From the NCBI GenBank assembly GCA_044222185.1, contig JBGANV010000003.1:288001-352000 (forward strand): DNA of 64,000 nt, in the 5' to 3' direction. Under the pieces are notes generated by a model. It did no database searches. It had not been told where the DNA came from and was given only the letters and a program-made list of their open reading frames with translations. Positions 58,401 through 64,000 of this stretch are shown here, one piece after another (within the stretch, counting starts at the first letter, position 1; each line of letters starts with the position of its first letter). The stretch comes from Planctomycetota bacterium. Lineage in GTDB: Bacteria; Planctomycetota; GCA-002687715; CAIWVZ01. The position numbers were made by a program, and so were the translations under genes.

Positions 58401-60905
58401 ATGCGTGCCACCGTCGTGCTGCTCTCGAGTTGGATCCTCGTCGGGATCTTCGCCACGTCCGGATCCCCCGGTCAGGGCCCCAGGCTCTCGTCGCTCGGCG
58501 AGGCCGGCGCGCTGCCGAAGCAGGGTGTCTACGGGCCGACGGCGCTCGCGGACTTCAACGGCGACGGCGCCCCGGACCTGCTGCGCACCGACGGGGTCGT
58601 CTTCAACGACGGGCACGGACGGTTCTCGGTCGCGGGCAACGCTCCCGGCGGGCTCTTCTCGACGGCTTATTTCACCGCGGTTGCGGACTTCGACGGAGAT
58701 GGCGACCTGGACGTCTTCGCGCCGTCGAGCGCGAGCGGGGTCGCGCTCCTCCTGAACGGCGGAGCCGGTGTGTTCACGGCGGCACCGATCGCGCCGCCGG
58801 TGCCAGGCGGCGCATCGCTCGCAACGATCTACCGCCTGGTCGCAGCAGACCTGAACGGCGACGGAGCGATGGACGTCGTCGGCGAATACAGCGCTGGACC
58901 TACGTTCGGCCTTTGCGCGTGGTTGAACTCCGGCGGCGGGACGTTCTCGGTGCTCCCGTTCAATCGGCCGCTCTCGTGCTACCTCGTCGACGTCGGCGAC
59001 GTCGATGCCGACGGCCGAGCGGACGTGGTGTTTGCCGAGGGCAATCTCGGGGGACCGGGGAATGTCGTGCGATCCGCAGCGCTCGCGAGCGGGAGCCTCG
59101 TCGTCAGCGGTTTCCTCACCTCCGTCGGGCCGAACGGTGCGATCTACGGAGCCGTCGCCGACTGGAACGGCGATGGATACGCGGACTTGATGGCGACCAC
59201 GCCGGTTTCGACGTCGAGTTCCAACGCGCTGTACACGTTCCTGCCGGGCGGAGCCAGCGGACTCGGCGCCGCGACGACATCCGCGATCACGACGACTTTC
59301 GCCTCGCGCATCCTGCCTTTCGACCTCGACGCCGCGACGCCGGCCGAGGTGCTGTGGGAGACGCCACTCGGAATCCAGATCCACGCCGTCAACCCCGCTG
59401 GTGGAACGGTCGTCGTCGCCACGCTCCCCCACACGTCGTACGGCAGCAGCCCGATCCTGACGGGCGACGTCGATTCCGACGGCGACATCGACGTGATCGG
59501 ACTGACCCCAGCGTTGCGCTCGCGCGTCTGGTTCAACGCCGGCGGCGTACTCGTCGACCCGTCGCCCGGTCTCGACGCTGCACTCCGCTCCGTCGTCTGC
59601 GCCGCCGACATCGACGGTGACGGCGATCTGGACCTCGTCGGTGACGCGCTCACGTCCCTCGAGATCAACGACGGCATCGGACATTTCGCGCACACCGCGA
59701 CGCAGCCGCCCGTGCCATTCCTCTCGCTGCCTGCGGGGTGCGTCGCAGACTTCACGGGCGATGGCCGCGCGGACCTCTTCGTCGGCGCAACGCAGGCGAC
59801 GGGCAACCATCTCGTCGCCTACGTGCCGGCGGGGACGAATTGGGCGACGTCGACGACGGCGACGAGTCCCCTTTTCTATTGCAAGCGTGCCGTCCCAGCG
59901 GACATCGAATTCGACGGCGACGCGGACGTGGTGGTCGTCGGGGACGTCGGCCCCGCGATCACGTCGCCCGGTGCAACGCCCGTTTCGCGCATCGACGTCC
60001 TGAACAACAACGGGGCCGGATCCCTGTCGCAGACCGCCTCGTTCGTCGGCCATCACTTCACCGACGTCGCCGTGATGGACTTCGACGGAGACCTGGATCT
60101 CGACATCGTGGCTTCGTGTCTGCGGGCGACATCGGTGCCAGATCCCTCGGTCGTCGCATTGAACGTGGGAGGGACGTTCGTCGTGACGCCGCTCCCGTTC
60201 ACTGTCGAGGCAGCCACGGTCGCGGCCGCGGACCTGGATGCCGACGGCGACGTCGACCTGGTCTTCGACGGTGTGGCCTACATCCGGACCGGATCGAACT
60301 GGACCGTGTCCCCCAACGTGGCGCAGGCTCCTCTCGTCGGCGGCTTCAGTCCGCACGACCTCGCCGATCTCGACGGCGATGGACGACCCGAACTCCTCAC
60401 CCACCATGGCTGGCACATAGGCCTGGGGCCTGCAGGTTTCGGCCCGGTCACCCCTTGGGAGTACGAGGCGTCCTTCCCCGGCGCCTATCCGTTCGGGCTC
60501 ACCGTCGGAGACTTCGACCGCGACGGAGACCTCGACGTTCTCACCAGCTGGTCCGTGATTCACTGGAACCTGCGCCGCCACCTCGCACAGCAGGCTCCCG
60601 TACGTCCAGGCCGCCCCGGGTCTCTATCCATGTTCGGCGCACCCGGGGCGCCATACCAGCTCGTCTACTCGTCGGCCGCAGCCCAAGCGCCAATCCCCGT
60701 TGCCGGTTGGGGGACGATCTTCATCGACCCGGCGAGCGCTGTCCTGGTCTCCCCGGCTTTCATGGATCTCGCGGGCAACGCAACTCTCACTCTCCCCTGC
60801 CCGAACAACCCGGCGTTGGTCGGACAGACGATCTGGTGGCAGGCGGCAACGCTCAACGAACTGAAACTCACCGGCGCAGTGAGGATGCAGATACTCGGGC
60901 TTTGA
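58401..60905 (+). CDS. Secreted FG-GAP/VCBS repeat protein with C-terminal module (paralog of 50164-52737)
   Basis: Signal peptide; many DxxGDGxxD repeats; terminal domain similar to the first FG-GAP protein. Confidence 0.88.
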   Translation: MRATVVLLSSWILVGIFATSGSPGQGPRLSSLGEAGALPKQGVYGPTALADFNGDGAPDLLRTDGVVFNDGHGRFSVAGNAPGGLFSTAYFTAVADFDGDGDLDVFAPSSASGVALLLNGGAGVFTAAPIAPPVPGGASLATIYRLVAADLNGDGAMDVVGEYSAGPTFGLCAWLNSGGGTFSVLPFNRPLSCYLVDVGDVDADGRADVVFAEGNLGGPGNVVRSAALASGSLVVSGFLTSVGPNGAIYGAVADWNGDGYADLMATTPVSTSSSNALYTFLPGGASGLGAATTSAITTTFASRILPFDLDAATPAEVLWETPLGIQIHAVNPAGGTVVVATLPHTSYGSSPILTGDVDSDGDIDVIGLTPALRSRVWFNAGGVLVDPSPGLDAALRSVVCAADIDGDGDLDLVGDALTSLEINDGIGHFAHTATQPPVPFLSLPAGCVADFTGDGRADLFVGATQATGNHLVAYVPAGTNWATSTTATSPLFYCKRAVPADIEFDGDADVVVVGDVGPAITSPGATPVSRIDVLNNNGAGSLSQTASFVGHHFTDVAVMDFDGDLDLDIVASCLRATSVPDPSVVALNVGGTFVVTPLPFTVEAATVAAADLDADGDVDLVFDGVAYIRTGSNWTVSPNVAQAPLVGGFSPHDLADLDGDGRPELLTHHGWHIGLGPAGFGPVTPWEYEASFPGAYPFGLTVGDFDRDGDLDVLTSWSVIHWNLRRHLAQQAPVRPGRPGSLSMFGAPGAPYQLVYSSAAAQAPIPVAGWGTIFIDPASAVLVSPAFMDLAGNATLTLPCPNNPALVGQTIWWQAATLNELKLTGAVRMQILGL

Positions 60906-61000
60906 GGCGGGAGACTCCCGAGGGCTCCGAGCCAACAGGGTCAGGACCGATCGCGTCAGCACGCCCGTTGCGTAGGATCGTCGCCTTCGCGCAGGCCACG

Positions 61001-61474
61001 ATGATCGCACCGAATGCTGCACCCGAGAGACCGGTCCACGCGGGCATCGCTCACGCGGCGGATGCGTGGCTGCCGTGGGTCCTGCGTTCGCCGTGGCGCG
61101 ACGCGATCCTGCTCGTCGTGATGGCCGGCGCCTGGTGGATTCCCGAGACGGCGATCGACGCGGGCCCCGCGTTGTGCAACTTCCGCCGCTGGACGGGACT
61201 CCCGTGTCCGGGTTGCGGCTTCACGCGCGCGTTCGTTCACATGGCACACGGACACGTCGTCGACGCATTCGCGGCGAACGCGTTCGGGCCGCTGTTGTTC
61301 GTCGTGGCCGTGGGCGTCGTGGGCGCAGACGCGATCGCGTGGGCGCTCGGGCGACGGGTCTCACTCACCGTCGTCGCGCGGCGCGTGAGGAAGCCAGCGC
61401 TGGTCGCCGCCGTCGCCTGGGTCGTCTGGGGAGTCGCGCGTGCGGTCGCCGTGGCGATCGGACGCGCAGGCTGA
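61001..61474 (+). CDS. DUF2752 family membrane protein
   Basis: 'C.FRRWTGLPCPGCGFTRAF....HG....A...N' signature; TM helices. Confidence 0.85.
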   Translation: MIAPNAAPERPVHAGIAHAADAWLPWVLRSPWRDAILLVVMAGAWWIPETAIDAGPALCNFRRWTGLPCPGCGFTRAFVHMAHGHVVDAFAANAFGPLLFVVAVGVVGADAIAWALGRRVSLTVVARRVRKPALVAAVAWVVWGVARAVAVAIGRAG

Positions 61475-61478
61475 TCAC

Positions 61479-63101
61479 TCAGGGCAGGAAGTTGATGCGC
61501 AGCGCGTTGGAGAACCCGACGCCGGACGTCGCACCGGGGTCCAGGATCGCGCACTGCGCGTAGAGCGAAAACGGGCCGCCGCCGCCCGTCACCGGCGTGG
61601 TGAACCCACCGGCGGCGTTGGTCGCGAACGGCCCGATCAGCGTCGTCGGGTTCGGAAGAACCGTCCCACCGAAGAGGATCCCGAAGGACTGCGTGAACGA
61701 GATCCCGCAGAAGAACGTGGCGTTCGGCGGCGCCGAGACGAGCGCGAGTGTGCCGGTGTTTCCGCTGGCGAGCAATCCGCAGACGGTGAACCGTGGGAAG
61801 ACGCCCCCGGTACCGAGCTTGCCGAAGCCGAGATCGACGGCGGCCGTGTTGCATCCGAGTGGCCCCGGAAGGATGAAGTCCGCGACCACCGGGTGGTGAT
61901 CCGAGGCCGTCGAGCCGGCCGTGGACGGCGTCGGGTAGCCCACGAGCTCCGGCGGAAGCGCCGTCGCAGGCGCGATCGTCGAGGGATCGAACACGAACGC
62001 ACGCCTCAGGGCGACGATGCTGTCCTGCCACGCCACGTGATCGAACTTCACGTTGCCGATGGTGATTCGGCTTCCCGTGAACGGGTCGGTCGCGGCGTCA
62101 TAGGTCATGTCGGTGCGGTTTCGATCCGTTCCGTCGGTGCCGCCCGACGTCTCCGGTGAGAGAGCCTTCGTCAGCCACTGCGCGGGCCCGACGGTGGCGC
62201 CGTTCGTGAGTTCGTCCTCGTTCCAATCGCCGCCGATGATCACGGGTGTCTCGGGGCCGAGGATCGAGGTTGCAACGGGGTTGTCCGCGACGAGCCCGCC
62301 CGGGTCAGGCATCGTCGTCCCGAGGCCGTTGAACATCGCGTCGATGTAATAGGCGACGTTCGCAGCGGCCGTGACCCGCTGCGTGTGGTCCGCGCCCGCA
62401 GACCCGGCCTTCAAGTGCGCCGTTCCGATGACGAGGTCGCCGGCGTAGGTCGCGTTCGGCAACGCGATCTCCGCGAACGCGAATCCGCGGATGCCACCGT
62501 TGCCACCGGGCGCGTAGCCGCTCGCCGTCACGTTCGGGATGTCGTTCAGCGTCGAGCGCGTGTCGCCGTTCAGATCCGCGAACGGGAAACGGCTCAAGAT
62601 GCAGTTGCGGTTGAAGCCGTCGCTCACCGAACTCACGAGCATGTACGGGAAAGTGAAGCCCGGAGCATAGAGCTGCACGTAGGCCGTGACGGGCGGGTTG
62701 CCGGCCTTGAACGTGTCGTTGCCGCCGTTCAGGAAATAGCCGAGAGTCGTCGTGAGGTTCGCGACGCTGTCGACCCCGGATCCGGTCCCGTTCCCCGAAT
62801 TGTCCGCCGTCTCCTGCAACATCAGGATGTCCGGCTTCATCGACGCGACGATCCGCGCACACGCCGCCCAGTTGTTCGCGCCGGCGACCTTGTTGTTCGA
62901 CGTGCAGAGCGTGTCACGCACGTTCCAGGTCATGACGCGGATGTCGTTCGGGCTCGTCTTCCCCCACTGCCCGACCGCCGGGTTCCACTGAGCCGCGACC
63001 GGATGCGACAGCAGGAGCAGGCAAGATAAACCGCCGACGCTTCCAAATAACGACTGGCGCAGCGCCGCACGGCGCGCGTTCACTGTGGGTGTGGATGTCA
63101 T
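61479..63101 (-). CDS. Secreted endonuclease/exonuclease/phosphatase (EEP) family protein with C-terminal module
   Basis: Signal peptide; 'VMTWNV', 'PDILMLQE', 'HLKAG', 'GGDWN', 'FDHV', 'ASDHHPV'. Confidence 0.85.
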   Translation of the reverse strand: MTSTPTVNARRAALRQSLFGSVGGLSCLLLLSHPVAAQWNPAVGQWGKTSPNDIRVMTWNVRDTLCTSNNKVAGANNWAACARIVASMKPDILMLQETADNSGNGTGSGVDSVANLTTTLGYFLNGGNDTFKAGNPPVTAYVQLYAPGFTFPYMLVSSVSDGFNRNCILSRFPFADLNGDTRSTLNDIPNVTASGYAPGGNGGIRGFAFAEIALPNATYAGDLVIGTAHLKAGSAGADHTQRVTAAANVAYYIDAMFNGLGTTMPDPGGLVADNPVATSILGPETPVIIGGDWNEDELTNGATVGPAQWLTKALSPETSGGTDGTDRNRTDMTYDAATDPFTGSRITIGNVKFDHVAWQDSIVALRRAFVFDPSTIAPATALPPELVGYPTPSTAGSTASDHHPVVADFILPGPLGCNTAAVDLGFGKLGTGGVFPRFTVCGLLASGNTGTLALVSAPPNATFFCGISFTQSFGILFGGTVLPNPTTLIGPFATNAAGGFTTPVTGGGGPFSLYAQCAILDPGATSGVGFSNALRINFLP

Positions 63102-63269
63102 GGGTGCTCGCAGCAAAACGGCGGGCCCAGCATAGCGCAGGGTCCGCCGTCGGCGAGCAAGAAAGAGTGCTTGTCTGCGGCGCGATCAAGGCGCGCGCGG
63201 ATCGCGCGAGACGACTCGCGCACCCCCGCGCATCAGCGCACGCCGCGTCTTCAGACGCTCGGAATCAGC

Positions 63270-63998
63270 TCACCAGGCAAGCTGACGGGCAGCCGTGACG
63301 CCGATCACCTGCCCGGCGCCGTTCAACGCGACGCCCGCGACTTCCCAGACCTGTCCGGCGAACACGGACAACGCGCCTGGCGGAAGCGCAAACGGCACCG
63401 ACGGATAAAACCCCGGAGTCGGGTAGGTCCACGCGACCGGGTTGCCCGGCGACGGCGCCGTCGTCACGACGGAGAACACGAGCGGAGTGAGTGCCAGCCC
63501 GAACACGGGGCCACGACCGAGGATCGGCGCGGGCAACGTGCTGATGACCGTGAAGCCGAGCGAGGTCGCCGCCGGGACGTTCGCCATGGCGAGGACGAGG
63601 TCACCCTGGCCACCGCCGCCGGTGAACGCCGCGAGATCGAACTTGGTGCTCGCTCCGAGGGTGTACGTCAGGTTGATCACCGGCGCGGCATCCGAGTTCG
63701 CCGTGTTGCCCGCGGTCGCGGTCGCGCTCGACGCGTGGCCGTTGCGTGCGCCCCACGCCGTCGGGAACTGGCCATCGACGATGAAGCCCGCGGCCGGATT
63801 CGGACCCGGCAGCGTCAGCTCGACGAGGATGTCCAGCTTCTGGACCGGGTCGAACTCGAACGGCGTCTGGAACGGGATGTGGATGTGCCACGGAGCCGGC
63901 TGCCCCGGCGAAAGCGTGGTTCCGGCGAACGGAAGGATCGTGATCGGCCCCGTGTACACAACGGTGTAATCGGGTCCCCGATTGTTGGCGAAGATGCC
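63270..63998 (-). CDS. Partial (5'-truncated) probable secreted protein
   Basis: Frame open to the window edge; beta-rich domain 'IPFQTPFEFDP...DILVEL' followed by a ~120-aa terminal domain. Confidence 0.7.
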   Translation of the reverse strand, partial: GIFANNRGPDYTVVYTGPITILPFAGTTLSPGQPAPWHIHIPFQTPFEFDPVQKLDILVELTLPGPNPAAGFIVDGQFPTAWGARNGHASSATATAGNTANSDAAPVINLTYTLGASTKFDLAAFTGGGGQGDLVLAMANVPAATSLGFTVISTLPAPILGRGPVFGLALTPLVFSVVTTAPSPGNPVAWTYPTPGFYPSVPFALPPGALSVFAGQVWEVAGVALNGAGQVIGVTAARQLAW

Positions 63999-64000
63999 CG

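Noticed and set aside
50164-60905. Recurrent GACGGCGAC-type DNA repeats as an array or diversity-generating element
   Set aside because: Explained by DxDGDG FG-GAP codons; no reverse transcriptase or template/variable repeat pair seen.
1-64000. CRISPR array or cas operon to accompany the Csx1-like gene
   Set aside because: No regularly spaced direct repeats and no cas1/cas10/RAMP-like ORFs seen in the window.

Overview
GC-rich bacterial genomic window with about 49 protein-coding genes and no rRNA, tRNA, CRISPR array, transposase or integrase that I could detect. Gene content (ECF sigma/Ser-Thr kinase pair, ECF fused to a membrane-anchored extension, DUF1570-like protein, FG-GAP repeat secreted proteins) suggests Planctomycetota; this is inferred, not verified. 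In order: a glycosylation cluster; an unusual mgl operon (tail-anchored MglA, three roadblock-domain proteins, a [2Fe-2S] protein); a candidate ~245-nt structured ncRNA with its own sigma70-type promoter and intrinsic terminator; a SurA-like/cyclophilin pair; an envelope-stress ECF module within a long minus-strand run; housekeeping genes; an orphan, apparently catalytically dead Csx1/TM1812-like CARF-HEPN protein next to a SWIM-SNF2 helicase; an HDOD-GGDEF plus histidine kinase pair; gluQ; a four-gene ECF-kinase-lipoprotein-TPR operon; and secreted proteins sharing a ~100-aa C-terminal module. The best candidates for undescribed biology are the ncRNA (9353-9598), the degenerate CARF-HEPN protein (31693-33936), the mgl module and the shared C-terminal domain. 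All family calls come from motif recognition by eye; no database searches were run.
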